Assembly: GCA_009908845.1 (NCBI GenBank)
Contig: JAAAOQ010000221.1
Coordinates: forward strand, 13,048 to 77,047
From: Gammaproteobacteria bacterium
GTDB lineage: Bacteria > Pseudomonadota > Gammaproteobacteria > Chromatiales > Chromatiaceae
DNA length: 64,000 nucleotides
Reading direction: 5' to 3'
The notes beneath the pieces were generated by a model that was given only the letters and a program-made list of their open reading frames with translations, was not told the DNA's origin and ran no database searches. Positions 47,889 through 58,886 of the stretch are shown piece by piece. The number at the start of each line of letters is the position of its first letter. The stretch's first letter is position 1. The position numbers were made by a program, and so were the translations under genes.

Positions 47889-49499
47889 TCAAAACTGCTT
47901 TACCTTGATCCCCATCGTCTGGATGCGGTAGGCGATCTGGCGCGGGGTCATGTTGAGTAGCCGCGCGGCCTTGGCCTGGACCCAGCCGGCCTGCTCGAGG
48001 GCGGCGATCACACGCTCGCGTTCGTCGACATCGGGGTCGTTGAGGTCGATCCCGTTCGCTTGCGGGACGCTCGATGCGAGCCCGGCAGCCGGGTCGGGCA
48101 GGTTGCCGACGTCGAGGCCGGTGAGATCGATCACATCGCGATCGATGATGCCGCATTCGCTCATCACCGCGGCGCGCTCCATGCAGTTCTCGAGCTCGCG
48201 CACGTTGCCGGGCCACTCGTGGCACATCAGTACGCGCAAGGCGCTGTCGGTGATGGTCAGCTCGCGGCCCTGCTGGCTGGCGATCTTGTCGACCAGGAAC
48301 TTCGCCAGCTCGGGCACGTCTTCGATGCGCTCGCGCAGCGCCGGCATCTGGATCGGCATCACATTGAGCCGGTAATAGAGGTCCTCGCGGAACTCGCCGG
48401 CCTTGACCTCTTGCTCGAGATTGCGGTTGGTCGCCGCGATCACGCGGACATCGACCTTGATCGTCTTGGTGCCGCCGACGCGCTCGAGCTCGCCCTCCTG
48501 CAGGACCCGCAGCAGCTTGGCCTGGAACGCCGGGCTGATCTCGCCGATCTCGTCGAGGAAGAGGGTGCCGCCGTCGGCCTGCTCGAAACGCCCCTTGCGT
48601 TGACTGACTGCGCCGGTAAAGGCGCCTTTCTCATGACCGAAAAGCTCGGACTCGAGCAACGTATCGGGTAGCGCGGCGCAATTGAGCTTGATGAAGGTGC
48701 TCTGCGCGCGCGGCGAGTTGTAGTGGATGGCGTTGGCGATCAGTTCCTTACCGGTGCCGGACTCGCCGCGCAGCAGCACGGTGGTGTTCCATTTGGCGAC
48801 CTGGCGCACCTGGTCGAAGACGATCCGCATGCGCTGGGTATGGCCGATGATACTGTCGAAGCCGTGCGTGCCCTTGAGATGGCGGCGCAGGTTGTCGCGC
48901 TCTTCGCGCAGCGCGCGGCGCTCGGCCTCGACCGAACGCGCAAGCAGCACCGCCTGGCCGATCAGATTGGCAACCATCTCGGCAAAGCGGGCACGTTGCT
49001 CGAGGTTCTCGTCCCACACCGGCGGCTGCAGCGCGAAGACGCCGACCGGGTCGCCGTCGCCGATGCGGATCGGGACGCCGATGAATGGCAAGGTGCGGTC
49101 GAACATGCCGAGCTTATCTAGAAAACGCGGCTCGTCGCCGACGCGCTCGAGCAGCCATCGGCGATTGGTTTCGAGGATGTGGCCGATGACGCCTTCGCCA
49201 CGCTGGTAGCGGACCTTCTCGAACGGGGCGGCATCCTGATCGTGCAGGGCGCTGATCAGCAGATCGCCGGACTCCTCGTCAAGCAGGCTGACCATGCCTA
49301 GGCACAGGCGCCCGCGCTCGTGCAGCGTCTGCAGCAAGGCGCGCAAGGTCTCGCGCAGTTGGAGTGACTGGCTCAGGATACGGCTGACATCGAACAATGC
49401 CGCCAGCTGTGCCTCGAGCAGGTCGACCCGACGGGTGTCGCGGCACGATTCGTCAGCCAGGTCTGCGTCGTACATCGATAACGGGCTTGCGTCAGTCAC
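47889..49499 (-). CDS. nifA: Nif-specific sigma-54 activator NifA
   Basis: GAF domain, [15 protein letters not shown]-terminal [22 protein letters not shown]. Confidence 0.96.
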   Translation of the reverse strand: MTDASPLSMYDADLADESCRDTRRVDLLEAQLAALFDVSRILSQSLQLRETLRALLQTLHERGRLCLGMVSLLDEESGDLLISALHDQDAAPFEKVRYQRGEGVIGHILETNRRWLLERVGDEPRFLDKLGMFDRTLPFIGVPIRIGDGDPVGVFALQPPVWDENLEQRARFAEMVANLIGQAVLLARSVEAERRALREERDNLRRHLKGTHGFDSIIGHTQRMRIVFDQVRQVAKWNTTVLLRGESGTGKELIANAIHYNSPRAQSTFIKLNCAALPDTLLESELFGHEKGAFTGAVSQRKGRFEQADGGTLFLDEIGEISPAFQAKLLRVLQEGELERVGGTKTIKVDVRVIAATNRNLEQEVKAGEFREDLYYRLNVMPIQMPALRERIEDVPELAKFLVDKIASQQGRELTITDSALRVLMCHEWPGNVRELENCMERAAVMSECGIIDRDVIDLTGLDVGNLPDPAAGLASSVPQANGIDLNDPDVDERERVIAALEQAGWVQAKAARLLNMTPRQIAYRIQTMGIKVKQF

Positions 49500-51219
49500 G
49501 GGGAAGGGCGTTGGTCAGGTTCACGCGCAGCCGGCAGCCGTCTTGGTACTCGGGGTCGATCTCGATGCTGCCGCCGTGCTGGTTGGCGATCTCTTGCGCG
49601 AGAGGCAGTCCCATGCCGGCGCGGCCGCGCCGATTACGCCAGCCGATGTAGAAGGGCTCGAACGCCTTGTAGCGATCGCCGCTCGGGAAGCCTGGTCCGC
49701 TGTCCTGGATCATGATCTCGACAGCGTTGTCCAGTGCCCGCGTCGCGATATGCAGCTCGCGCTGACTGCGTCCGCCCTCGAGCGTCGCCTGGACGGCGTT
49801 GTCGATCAGGTTCTTGAACAGTGAGCGCAGCTCGGTCTGGCGGGCAGTGATCTCCGGCAGCACGTGGGCCGGCCGCCAATCGACCGTCAGTCCGGCGGCG
49901 AGCAGGGCGTCGGTCTCGAGGGCGAGCACATGGCGAATCAGCTCGTTGACGTTGACGCTGACGCCGGCCTCGATGACCTCGTCCGGAAGGGCCGAGCGCA
50001 GCGTCTGCAAGGCCTGCTCGCTCGCCGCTGTGATCTGCGCGAGTGTTGGCGCGAAGCCCTCGACCGTACCGGCGCCGCTGGCGAACATCGCGCTGGCGGC
50101 GCGCAGCAGATTCAACGGGGTCTGGATCTGGTAGCTCGCTGCGGTGAGGGCCTCCCGCATCCCCTGGGCGAGCCGCTGCTCGGCGAGCCGGGCGCGCAGA
50201 TGCTCGAGGTGCGCACGCTCGACCTCACGATGACGGGCCGTGACGTCGGTTGCGAGCAGCAGCAGTCGTGAGGCGCCGAGCTTGCCGTGGCCGAAATAGC
50301 TGCGCGCGCTGCCATCCTGCTCGCTGATGCAAGTGCCGGAACAGGAAAACCAACGCGGCCCGAGCGTGCCCGGGACCTCCAGGCTCACCTCGACATTCTT
50401 GAAGTCCTCGCCTTGGCCGGTTGCCGGGACGGTGCGCTCGAGCGGATCGAAACCGGCTTGCTCGCGCAGTGCTTGCCTCAGGAGCGGCAATGGCTCCTGA
50501 CCGCGCAGATCGCCAAACAGCTTCTTGTATTCCATGTTGTCGAGGATGATGCTGCCGTCCGCGGCCAACAGCACCATGAGCGTCGGCGCAGCGTCAAGTA
50601 CATTCTCGATCCGCGTCTTCTGCTGCCGCAGCGCTGCAGCGAGCTCGTGCTCGCGGGTCACGTCGCGATGCATGCCGAGGAAGTGGGCGATCTCGCCGGC
50701 GCTATCGAGCACTGGTGAGATCACGAGCTCGGCCAGATATTCGTCCCCGTTCTTGCGCCGATTGACCAGCGTACCGGTCCAGGTCTTCTTGCGCTGGATC
50801 GTGCGCCACAGCTGCCGGTAGATGCTCTCGGGCGTCGCGTTGCTGGAGAGGATCGACTCGTTCTTGCCGAGGACCTCGTCGCGGCGATAGCCGCTGAGAT
50901 GCTCGAATGCGGCGTTCGCGTAGAGGATGCTCGCCTTGGCATCGGTGATCGAGATCGCCACCGGCGATTGCTCAACCGTTTCGAAGTAGAGACTCGGCGG
51001 CAGCGGATTGGGGGCATCCCCGATCATCAGCTGCAGCGCATCAATGACCGCGCGCGGCGTGCCCGGTGGCGGCGCGCTCAGGAAGTCGGCGATCGCGGTG
51101 TGCACGATCGGTTGCTGGTCGTTCTCTGCAATCTCGCGCCGGCTTGCCGTGGACCTGCCTGTCGAGGCTGTCTTTGGCTGTGAGGTTGATGCACGTGTCT
51201 CCGAAACCGATCGAGCCAT
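49492..51219 (-). CDS. nifL: Nitrogen fixation negative regulator NifL
   Basis: PAS domain (GKNESILS, LVNRRKNG, FLGMHRDVT), second PAS (LDNMEYKKL), GHKL-like C-terminus; overlaps nifA. Confidence 0.93.
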   Translation of the reverse strand: MARSVSETRASTSQPKTASTGRSTASRREIAENDQQPIVHTAIADFLSAPPPGTPRAVIDALQLMIGDAPNPLPPSLYFETVEQSPVAISITDAKASILYANAAFEHLSGYRRDEVLGKNESILSSNATPESIYRQLWRTIQRKKTWTGTLVNRRKNGDEYLAELVISPVLDSAGEIAHFLGMHRDVTREHELAAALRQQKTRIENVLDAAPTLMVLLAADGSIILDNMEYKKLFGDLRGQEPLPLLRQALREQAGFDPLERTVPATGQGEDFKNVEVSLEVPGTLGPRWFSCSGTCISEQDGSARSYFGHGKLGASRLLLLATDVTARHREVERAHLEHLRARLAEQRLAQGMREALTAASYQIQTPLNLLRAASAMFASGAGTVEGFAPTLAQITAASEQALQTLRSALPDEVIEAGVSVNVNELIRHVLALETDALLAAGLTVDWRPAHVLPEITARQTELRSLFKNLIDNAVQATLEGGRSQRELHIATRALDNAVEIMIQDSGPGFPSGDRYKAFEPFYIGWRNRRGRAGMGLPLAQEIANQHGGSIEIDPEYQDGCRLRVNLTNALPRD

Positions 51220-51230
51220 GATGTCGCTCC

Positions 51231-51341
51231 TCTGTCGTCACCTGTCGTTGTATTGTCGCCGATCCGAATCCGAATCATTCTGAATCATTCTGAACCGAGC
51301 TCATCCTGAGCTGCGCCATCCTGAGCCGAACCCTCCTGAGC
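51231..51341. repeat. Cluster of short tandem repeats upstream of nifL
   Basis: TCCGAA x2, GAATCATTCT x2, TCCTGAGC x3 at 15-bp period. Confidence 0.7.
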
Positions 51342-51451
51342 CCAATTAAAAAGCATAATCCGCGCCAGAAATAATGCCGGCCAGGGATCTGGCTGTGGGC
51401 TTGGTCGGCGCGTCTCGTACGACGCTCTGCGGAGGGCGCCTGATGGTGCAT

Positions 51452-51509
51452 TGTCGGGTTTCCGACATATCTGCTGCACTGCAACACGACAGCTGTGTCG
51501 TCCCCGACA
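51452..51509. promoter_or_regulatory. Two NifA upstream activator sequences (TGT-N10-ACA)
   Basis: TGTCGGGTTTCCGACA 51452-51467 and TGTGTCGTCCCCGACA 51494-51509. Confidence 0.85.
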
Positions 51510-51645
51510 GCGCGCTGGCTGCCTGACTGGCGCAGGCCCACGTGCCCAACCGCCCTGATCAGGCGGCTGGATGGCGACCGGCGCCTTATCAATCGGCTTC
51601 CAACCGGTTACGACGGGGGAGCAGACGAGCGGGTGTCCACAAAGG

Positions 51646-51661
51646 TGGCATCGGCTTTGCT
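51646..51661 (+). promoter_or_regulatory. Sigma-54 (-24/-12) promoter of the rnf operon
   Basis: TGGCATCGGCTTTGCT: GG-N10-GC, about 75 bp upstream of rnfA. Confidence 0.88.
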
Positions 51662-51735
51662 TCTATGCGTCCATTCGTTCGGCAGAGCCGAGTCCCTGCC
51701 CGAGTCTGCTTGCAGCCGGTAACGCCTGATCACCG

Positions 51736-52311
51736 ATGACTGAGTACCTGATGCTCCTACTGGCTACCGCGTTGGTGAACAACGTGGTCTTGGTCAAGTT
51801 CCTCGGGCTCTGTCCGTTCATGGGCGTTTCCGGAAAGCTTGATACCGCGCTCGGCATGGGCCTGGCGACGACCTTCGTGCTGACGTTGGCCGCGGCGGCG
51901 AGCTGGCTGCTCGAGCACCTGGTCCTGGCGCCGCTGGATATCGGCTTCCTGCGCATCCTGACCTTCATCCTGGTCATCGCTGCGGTGGTCCAGTTTACCG
52001 AGATGACGGTGCGCAAGGTCTCACCGACGCTCTATCAGGTGCTCGGTATCTTCCTGCCCCTGATCACGACCAACTGCGCCGTGCTCGGCGTCGCGCTGCT
52101 CAATGTCCAGGCCGAGCACAGCTTCGCCGAGAGCCTCGTCTACGGTTTCGGCTCGGCGCTCGGCTTCACGCTGGTGATGGTGCTCTTCGCCGGTCTGCGC
52201 GAGCGCTTGGCGCTGGCCCAGGTCCCGGCGGCCTTCGCCGGGGCGCCGATCGCGTTCGTCGTCGCCGGGCTGTTGTCGTTGGCGTTCATGGGGTTTGCCG
52301 GGCTGGCCTGA
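51736..52311 (+). CDS. rnfA: Rnf complex subunit A
   Basis: [30 protein letters not shown]. Confidence 0.96.
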   Translation: MTEYLMLLLATALVNNVVLVKFLGLCPFMGVSGKLDTALGMGLATTFVLTLAAAASWLLEHLVLAPLDIGFLRILTFILVIAAVVQFTEMTVRKVSPTLYQVLGIFLPLITTNCAVLGVALLNVQAEHSFAESLVYGFGSALGFTLVMVLFAGLRERLALAQVPAAFAGAPIAFVVAGLLSLAFMGFAGLA

Positions 52312-52385
52312 AGCATCCGATCCGCCCATCGGCGAGCGCGGGTCTGCGGGCTGCCCGGAAGGGGGCGCCAAGACAGGAGACGCGC

Positions 52386-52435
52386 TAGAAGCCCGAAACG
52401 CATCAAATCAAGCGGCCATGTTGATGGGGTCTCTG
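52386..52435. mobile_element. MITE family A, internally deleted copy in the rnfA-rnfB gap
   Basis: TAGAAGCCC start, TCAAGCGGC core and TTGATGGGGTCTCT end match both ends of 5096-5232. Confidence 0.5.
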
Positions 52436-52506
52436 ATGATGCGCGGACAACGGGCTGGCTGCGGCTTGGGCATGGCAATGGGCTCACCGGAGAGAAGGCA
52501 CAGAAG

Positions 52507-53037
52507 ATGATGATTGTTGCGATCTTGAGCTTGACGGCCCTCGGGCTTGGCCTGGGCACCCTGCTGGGCGTGGCGGCGCGGTTCCTGAAGGTCGAGGAGT
52601 CCCCGCTGGTCGGCGAGGTCGAGGCCATGCTGCCGGGCTCGCAGTGCGGCCAATGCGGCTATCCCGGCTGCGCGCCGGCGGCCGCCGTCATTGCGTCCGG
52701 CGAGGCGGCGGTGACCATCTGTCCGCCCGGCGGACGGGCGCTGGCGCAGGCGCTCGCCGATCGGCTCGGCGTCTCGGTCGACCTGAGCGGGATGACGGAG
52801 CAGGAGGTTCGGGTCGCGTTCGTTCACGAGCGCCTCTGCGTCGGCTGCACCAAGTGCTTCAAGCGCTGCCCGACCGATGCGATCGTCGGCGCCAAGGATC
52901 AGATCCACGCGGTGTTCGAGGACGCCTGCATCGGCTGCGGTGACTGCGCCGAGGTTTGTCCGACCGAGTGCATCGAGATGCGCGCGCCCACCCAGACCCC
53001 ATCGAACTGGGTCTGGCCGCAACCGCTGGCCGCCTGA
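52507..53037 (+). CDS. rnfB: Rnf complex subunit B
   Basis: LPGSQCGQCGYPGC plus two ferredoxin CxxCxxCxxxCP motifs. Confidence 0.96.
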   Translation: MMIVAILSLTALGLGLGTLLGVAARFLKVEESPLVGEVEAMLPGSQCGQCGYPGCAPAAAVIASGEAAVTICPPGGRALAQALADRLGVSVDLSGMTEQEVRVAFVHERLCVGCTKCFKRCPTDAIVGAKDQIHAVFEDACIGCGDCAEVCPTECIEMRAPTQTPSNWVWPQPLAA

Positions 53038-53070
53038 GCGGCTTCATGACCGAGCGCTGAGGAGCCTCCG

Positions 53071-54702
53071 ATGCAACTCTTCCGAATCCGCGGCGGCGTC
53101 CATCCGGATGACCGCAAGGACCTGACCGCCGGACGCGCGATCGAGTCGCTGCCGATGCCGCGATTGCTGCATATCCCACTGCAGCAGCACATCGGTGCGA
53201 TCGCGAACCCGCTGGTGCAGCGGCGCCAGCAGGTCGCCAAGGGCGAGCGCATCGCCCACGGCCAGGGCGCGGTTTCGGCGCCGATCCATGCGCCGACCTC
53301 GGGGCGCATCGCTGGGCTCGGGCTGTATCCGGCGAACCATCCCTCCGGCCTGTCGGTGCGCACCATCACCCTGCAGCCCGACGGCGAGGACCGCTGGCAC
53401 GAATCGATCGCCGGCGTGCCGGACCCGTTCGCGCTCGCGCCGGCCGAGGTCGCCCAGCGTGTCGCCGACGCCGGCGTGGTCGGCATGGGCGGGGCAACCT
53501 TTCCGGCGGCGGTCAAGCTGAGCCTGGCGAAGCGCTACCGGTTGACGACATTGGTCATCAACGGCTCCGAGTGCGAGCCCTACCTGACCTGTGACGATCA
53601 GCTGATGCGCGAGGAGGCGGATGCGATCCTCGACGGGATGCGGATCATGGCGCATGCGCTCGGTGTCACGCGCGTGATCATCGGCATCGAGGGCAACAAG
53701 CCGGAAGCGATCGCCGCGATGCGCCAGGCCATCGCGCGTCTGGATCAGGCCCGATTCGATGGTATCGAGCCGGAGCAGCCCAAGCCGGATCAACACGGGT
53801 CGGGTCGGACTGGGTCGGATTGGGCCGAGCCGAATCCCAAAGTGGCGGGTCGAGCTAGCCTGATGCAGCTCGAGGTCGCGACCCTGCCGATGCGCTACCC
53901 GATGGGCTCGGAGAAGCATCTGGTGCAGACGCTGACCGGCCGCGAGACCCCGGCGCGCGGGCTGACGGCCGATATCGGGGTCGTCGTCCACAATCCCGGC
54001 ACGGCCTTCGCGGTGCACGAGGCGCTGCGCTTCGGTCGGCCGCTGGTCTCGCGCGTGGTCACGGTCACCGGCGGCGCCGTGCGCTCGCCGCGCAACCTGC
54101 GGGTGCCGATCGGGACCAAGGTCGAGGACCTGGTCGAGTATTGCGGCCGCTTCCGCGAGGAGCCGCAGCGGCTCGTCGCCGGCGGGCCGATGATGGGCCA
54201 GCCACTGCAGGAGCTGCGGGTGCCGGTGATGAAGGGCACCAACGGCATCCTGGCGCTGACGGCTGCCGAGGTCGGCAGCCAGACGCCCGCGGCCTGCATC
54301 CGCTGCGGTAGCTGCGTCGACGCCTGCCCCTGTGGGCTGGTGCCGCTGACGATGGCCGCGCAGGTGCGGGTCGGCAACCTCGACGCGGCGGCCTCGGCCG
54401 GGCTGATGGACTGCATCGGCTGCGGCTCCTGCGCCTATGTCTGCCCGGCGCATCTGCCGCTGGTGCAGTTCTTCGCCCACGCCAAGGGCGAGCTCGCCGC
54501 GCGCGGGCGCGCCAAGCAGAAGCAGAGCGCGACCAAGCGCCTGGCCGAACAGCGCAGCGCACGGCTGGAGGCGCAGAAGCGGGCGAAGCGCGAGGCGATG
54601 GCGCGGCGCAAGCGCGAGGCGGCCGCCAAGCAGCGGGCCGAGGAACAGGCTGCGAGTCAGGCCGAGCCAGCGCGCGCCGCGCCGGTTGCGGAGGTGGACT
54701 GA
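53071..54702 (+). CDS. rnfC: Rnf complex subunit C
   Basis: GGVHP, GMGGATFP, NGSECEPYLTCDD, GGPMMG, CIRCGSCVDACP. Confidence 0.96.
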   Translation: MQLFRIRGGVHPDDRKDLTAGRAIESLPMPRLLHIPLQQHIGAIANPLVQRRQQVAKGERIAHGQGAVSAPIHAPTSGRIAGLGLYPANHPSGLSVRTITLQPDGEDRWHESIAGVPDPFALAPAEVAQRVADAGVVGMGGATFPAAVKLSLAKRYRLTTLVINGSECEPYLTCDDQLMREEADAILDGMRIMAHALGVTRVIIGIEGNKPEAIAAMRQAIARLDQARFDGIEPEQPKPDQHGSGRTGSDWAEPNPKVAGRASLMQLEVATLPMRYPMGSEKHLVQTLTGRETPARGLTADIGVVVHNPGTAFAVHEALRFGRPLVSRVVTVTGGAVRSPRNLRVPIGTKVEDLVEYCGRFREEPQRLVAGGPMMGQPLQELRVPVMKGTNGILALTAAEVGSQTPAACIRCGSCVDACPCGLVPLTMAAQVRVGNLDAAASAGLMDCIGCGSCAYVCPAHLPLVQFFAHAKGELAARGRAKQKQSATKRLAEQRSARLEAQKRAKREAMARRKREAAAKQRAEEQAASQAEPARAAPVAEVD

Positions 54703-55826
54703 TGCCGCACACCGCGCTCTTCGCCAGCCCCCATGCCCATGCGCCGGTTAGCATCGCGCGCAGCATGCGGCTGGTCATGCTCGCCCTGCTGCCGGCGACC
54801 CTGCTGGGGCTCTGGCAATTCGGCTGGCCCGCGCTCCTGCTCTTCCTGGGAACGCTGATCGCGGCCCTGCTGTTCGAGGCCATCGCGTTGGTGCTGGCCG
54901 GCAAGCCGGTGCGATCCGGGCTCTTGGATGGCTCGGCCCTGCTCACCGGCTGGCTGCTGGCCTTGACCCTGCCGCCCTGGGCGCCCTGGTGGATCGGCGT
55001 GCTCGGCGCCTTCATCGCCATCATCATCGGCAAGCAGGTGTTCGGCGGGCTCGGGCAGAACCTGTTCAATCCGGCGATGGTCGCGCGCGTCGCGTTGCTG
55101 GTCTCCTTCCCGCTCGAGATGACCCAATGGGTGGCGCCGCAGCCGCTGTTCTCGGCGCAGACGCCGGGGCTCTTCGAGGCGGTCGGGATCAGTCTCGCCG
55201 GGCTCGCGCCGCACTGGGATGCGATGACCGGCGCCTCGATCCTCGGCGAGCTGAGCATGGAGGTCCAACGCGGCGGCGATCTGACCGCGATCGGGACCGG
55301 AGCGTTCACCAACGTCGAGGCGATGATCGGCACCATCCCCGGCAGCCTGGGGGAGACCTCGGCGCTGCTGCTCCTGCTCGGCGGCCTGTTCCTGATCCGC
55401 AAGGGCGTGATCGGTTGGGTGATCCCGACCGCGGTGCTCCTCGGCGTGCTGGTCCCGGCGAGCCTGCTGCATCTACTGGATGCGACCCGTTTCATCGCCC
55501 CGCAGGTCCATCTGATGGCCGGTGCGACGCTGCTGACGGCCTTCTTCATTGCGACCGATCCGGTGACCTCGCCGGTCTCGCGCGCCGGGCAGGTGGTCTT
55601 CGGTGCCGGGATCGGGCTGCTGATCTACCTGATCCGGACCTTCGGCGCCTATCCCGAGGGCGCCGCGTTCGCGGTGCTGCTGATGAACGCCGCGACACCG
55701 ATGATCGACCATTATCTGAAGCCGCGCATCTTCGGCCGCGACCGCCGCGGTCAACCGCTGCCAGTGCCCGAGGATGCGCTACCCGGGGATGCGGCCGGCA
55801 AGCAAGCCGGAGGTAGCAGCCGATGA
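54702..55826 (+). CDS. rnfD: Rnf complex subunit D
   Basis: [20 protein letters not shown] flavinylation-type site, [18 protein letters not shown]. Confidence 0.96.
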   Translation: MPHTALFASPHAHAPVSIARSMRLVMLALLPATLLGLWQFGWPALLLFLGTLIAALLFEAIALVLAGKPVRSGLLDGSALLTGWLLALTLPPWAPWWIGVLGAFIAIIIGKQVFGGLGQNLFNPAMVARVALLVSFPLEMTQWVAPQPLFSAQTPGLFEAVGISLAGLAPHWDAMTGASILGELSMEVQRGGDLTAIGTGAFTNVEAMIGTIPGSLGETSALLLLLGGLFLIRKGVIGWVIPTAVLLGVLVPASLLHLLDATRFIAPQVHLMAGATLLTAFFIATDPVTSPVSRAGQVVFGAGIGLLIYLIRTFGAYPEGAAFAVLLMNAATPMIDHYLKPRIFGRDRRGQPLPVPEDALPGDAAGKQAGGSSR

Positions 55827-56497
55827 ATCTGCCGCTGTTCATGCGCGATCGCGACGGGATCGGCTATCAGGCCACCCTGCTCGGCGCCTTCACCCTGGCG
55901 GCGGCGGCGTTGCTGGTGACCGGCGATCTGGTCACCCGCGGCCCGATCGCCGAGCGCGAGGCCGAGGACCTGCGCGCCTCGCTGACCGAGGTGATCCCGG
56001 CCGCGCTCCACGACAACGACCTGCTGGCCAACCCCATGAGATTGCCGGTCGCCGACGGGCCGCTCACCGTCTATCGGGCGCTCGCCGGCCTCGATGTCGC
56101 CGGCGTGGCGTTCGAGGTGGTCGGGCAGGGCTATGCCGGGCCGATCCGGGTGCTGCTCGGGATCGATGCCGACGGCCGGGTGCTCGGCGCGCGGGTGCTC
56201 GCGCACGCGGAGACGCCAGGGCTCGGCGACAAGATCGAGGTCGCGCGCGATGACTGGATCTTGGACTTCGACGGCCGCAGCCTGGCCGATCCGGCGCCCG
56301 CGCGCTGGGCGGTGAAGAAGGACGGCGGCGTCTTCGATCAGTTCAGCGGCGCGACCATCACGCCGCGAGCGGTGGTCGATGCGATCAAGGGCGGCCTCGA
56401 GACCTTTGCCGCCCACCGTGATGCCTTGACCGCCTCGGCGGTGCTCCAGACGCAGACAGACCAACAGGGGACAGACGCAAGGGGGACAGTGCGATGA
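55823..56497 (+). CDS. rnfG: Rnf complex subunit G
   Basis: [22 protein letters not shown]-binding motif. Confidence 0.96.
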   Translation: MNLPLFMRDRDGIGYQATLLGAFTLAAAALLVTGDLVTRGPIAEREAEDLRASLTEVIPAALHDNDLLANPMRLPVADGPLTVYRALAGLDVAGVAFEVVGQGYAGPIRVLLGIDADGRVLGARVLAHAETPGLGDKIEVARDDWILDFDGRSLADPAPARWAVKKDGGVFDQFSGATITPRAVVDAIKGGLETFAAHRDALTASAVLQTQTDQQGTDARGTVR

Positions 56498-57231
56498 CCG
56501 CCGACACCGGATCGACGCCCGCTGATCAAGACGGCGCCGAGCGCACCGATCGGGCCCGAACCGATTGGGCGCGCATCGCCCGCGACGGACTCTGGGACAA
56601 CAACGTCGTCCTGGCGCAATCGCTCGCGCTCTGCCCATTGCTGGCGGTCACCGGCACCGCGACCAACGGCCTGGGCCTCGGCCTGGCGTCCTTGGTGGTG
56701 ATGGTGCTCTCCGGGGTTCTGGTCTCGGCCGCGCGCGGCCTCATCACGCCGCAGGTGCGCATCCCGGTCTTCGTGCTCATCATCGCGACCCTGGTGACCT
56801 TGGTCGATCTGGCGATGAACGCCTGGCTGCATGACCTGCATAAGATCCTCGGGCTCTTCATCCCGCTGATCGTGACCAACTGCGCGATCCTCGGCCGCGC
56901 CGAGGCCTTCGCCTCGCGCAACCGGATCGCCCCGGCGGCCTTCGACGGGCTGATGATGGGGGTCGGCTTCACGCTGGTGCTGGTGGCATTGGGCGCGGTG
57001 CGCGAGGCGCTCGGCTCCGGCACCCTGTTCGCCAATGCCTCGCTGCTGCTGGGCGATGCGATGGCGTTTCTGGAGACGACCCTGATCCCCGACTACCGCG
57101 GCTTCCTGCTGATGATCCTGCCCCCGGGCGGCTTCCTGGCGCTCGGGTTCCTGCTCGCCGGCCAGCGGTTGCTGAAGCGCCTGCCGCTGCCCAAGCGCCG
57201 CGCGGGTGCGGCGGCTGCGCCCTCGACCTGA
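56494..57231 (+). CDS. rnfE: Rnf complex subunit E
   Basis: [33 protein letters not shown]. Confidence 0.96.
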   Translation: MTADTGSTPADQDGAERTDRARTDWARIARDGLWDNNVVLAQSLALCPLLAVTGTATNGLGLGLASLVVMVLSGVLVSAARGLITPQVRIPVFVLIIATLVTLVDLAMNAWLHDLHKILGLFIPLIVTNCAILGRAEAFASRNRIAPAAFDGLMMGVGFTLVLVALGAVREALGSGTLFANASLLLGDAMAFLETTLIPDYRGFLLMILPPGGFLALGFLLAGQRLLKRLPLPKRRAGAAAAPST

Positions 57232-57257
57232 GTCCATTTCCCACCGGAGAACGACCC

Positions 57258-57518
57258 ATGCATATCGGCGTCGCCTATGCGGACAAGTTCAAGCGCACCT
57301 GGCTGACCCTCGATGTCCCCGACGGCAGTACCGTGCGCGAGGCGATCGAGCATTCCGGCATCCTGCGTCAGTATCCGGACATCGACCTCGAGGCCCAGCA
57401 CGTCGGCATCTTCGGCAAGCTCACCAAGCTCGATGCGGCGATCGCTGATGGCGATCGGGTCGAGATCTATCGGCCGATCACCGTCGATCCGGAGACCGTC
57501 GAGCGCCGCGATCAGTGA
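57258..57518 (+). CDS. rnfH: RnfH ubiquitin-like protein
   Basis: VGIFGK, GDRVEIYRPITVDP. Confidence 0.93.
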   Translation: MHIGVAYADKFKRTWLTLDVPDGSTVREAIEHSGILRQYPDIDLEAQHVGIFGKLTKLDAAIADGDRVEIYRPITVDPETVERRDQ

Positions 57519-57709
57519 GGTGGCTCGGTGAGTTCCATCGGACGAACGGCGCGACGGTGGCGCCACTTGATGGACTGATTGTTCGCTCAGAAGGCGCCGA
57601 CCCGGTGCTGACCGCCGTCGCGGGCACCCTGCTCAAACACCGCAAGCAGTATTACGGGGCGCTGGAGGCGGCCAGCCGCGACCTGGAGGTCACGGACTGG
57701 CTCCTGTAG
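57515..57709 (+). pseudogene. Fragment resembling an internal part of a Fic-family protein
   Basis: RKQYYGALEAASRDLEVTDWL resembles the post-Fic-motif helices. No HPFxDGNGR motif; ends at an early TAG. Confidence 0.55.
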
Positions 57710-57841
57710 TTCGCGGCCCTGCGTTCTCCGTCCGACTCCGCCATGAGTTTTGCTCAGATCGATCCTCGATGCAGTACGCGTGTCGTTCCTTTATGTCGGT
57801 ACTTATTGACAGCCAAACCGTATCGGGAACATCCTCATGCG

Positions 57842-58452
57842 ATGTCGAGCACGCAAGACGCCATCCTTGACCTGGCGCGAGCCGAAGGCCTGCTCCGTCC
57901 CGTAGACCATGGAGTCCCATGGACTGCCCCGGTCTCGCTGACCAGGCTGGTCCGCCAGGGGCGGCTCGCGCGGATTGGTCGAGGACTCTATGCGCTGCCG
58001 GGCCGCGAAGTGTCCGAGCACACTGCCCTCGCGGAGGTTTCTCGTAGACATCCGCGTGTCGTGGTGTGCCTGCTCCCGGCGCTGCGGTTCCATGAGCTGA
58101 CGACCCAGGTGCCGCATGAGGTGTGGATCGCGATCCCGAACAAGGCCAGAGCCCCCGCCTGGAGTATCCGCCGATCCGGGTCGCGCGTTTCGCCAACGCC
58201 GCGATGCGCGCGGGCGTCGACGAGCACAGGATCGACGGCGTCCCGGTGCGCATCACCAAAGTCGCCAAGACCATCGCGGATTGCTTCAAGTACCGCAACA
58301 AGGTTGGTCTCGATGTGGCGCTGGAGGCCCTGAAGGAGGTTTTTGGGCCAGGTACGCAGAATCGTCGGGTCAGCACCGACGAGCTGTGGCACCACGCGCG
58401 ACTGGATCGAGTCGCGAACGTCATGCGGCCTTACCTGGAGGCGCTGGCGTGA
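57842..58452 (+). pseudogene. AbiEi-type (type IV TA) antitoxin/regulator split by a frameshift
   Basis: First frame: LARIGRGLY...FHELTTQVPHEVWIAIPNKARAP. Second frame: RLEYPPIRV...AKTIADCFKYRNKVGLDVALEALK...VMRPYLEALA. Shift at the C5 run, 58152-58156. Confidence 0.85.
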
Positions 58453-58886
58453 CGGAGTCGCCTCTGATCGCCGTGATCGACACCAACGTCTTCGTCGGTG
58501 CCTGTCTCGGTGCCGGGGCCTCCAACGAGGTGATCGCCCTATGTCTTCGTGGCGAGATCATGCCGCTCATGGGAACCGCACTGTTTGCCGAGTACGAGGA
58601 TGTCCTGGGTCGAGACGCCTTGTTCGAGCGGAGCAGGCTGGATTCCGCCGAGCGCGATGAGTTGCTCGACATCTTCCTGGCGCGTTGCCGCTGGACCAGG
58701 ATCTACTACGGATGGCGTCCTAACGTCCCGGACGAAGGTGACAATCACCTGGTCGAGCTGGCCGTGGCCGGCGGGGCACAGGCGATCGTGACACGAAACC
58801 TGCGGGATCTCGAGCGGATGGACCTGCGATTTCCAGCGCTCAAACTGATGAAACCCGAAGATCTACTGCGGGAGGTACGAAAATGA
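58449..58886 (+). CDS. PIN-domain putative toxin
   Basis: VIDTNVFV, EYEDVL, WRPNVPDEGDNHLVELAVAGGA, IVTRNLRD. GTG start overlaps the preceding stop. Confidence 0.9.
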   Translation: MTESPLIAVIDTNVFVGACLGAGASNEVIALCLRGEIMPLMGTALFAEYEDVLGRDALFERSRLDSAERDELLDIFLARCRWTRIYYGWRPNVPDEGDNHLVELAVAGGAQAIVTRNLRDLERMDLRFPALKLMKPEDLLREVRK

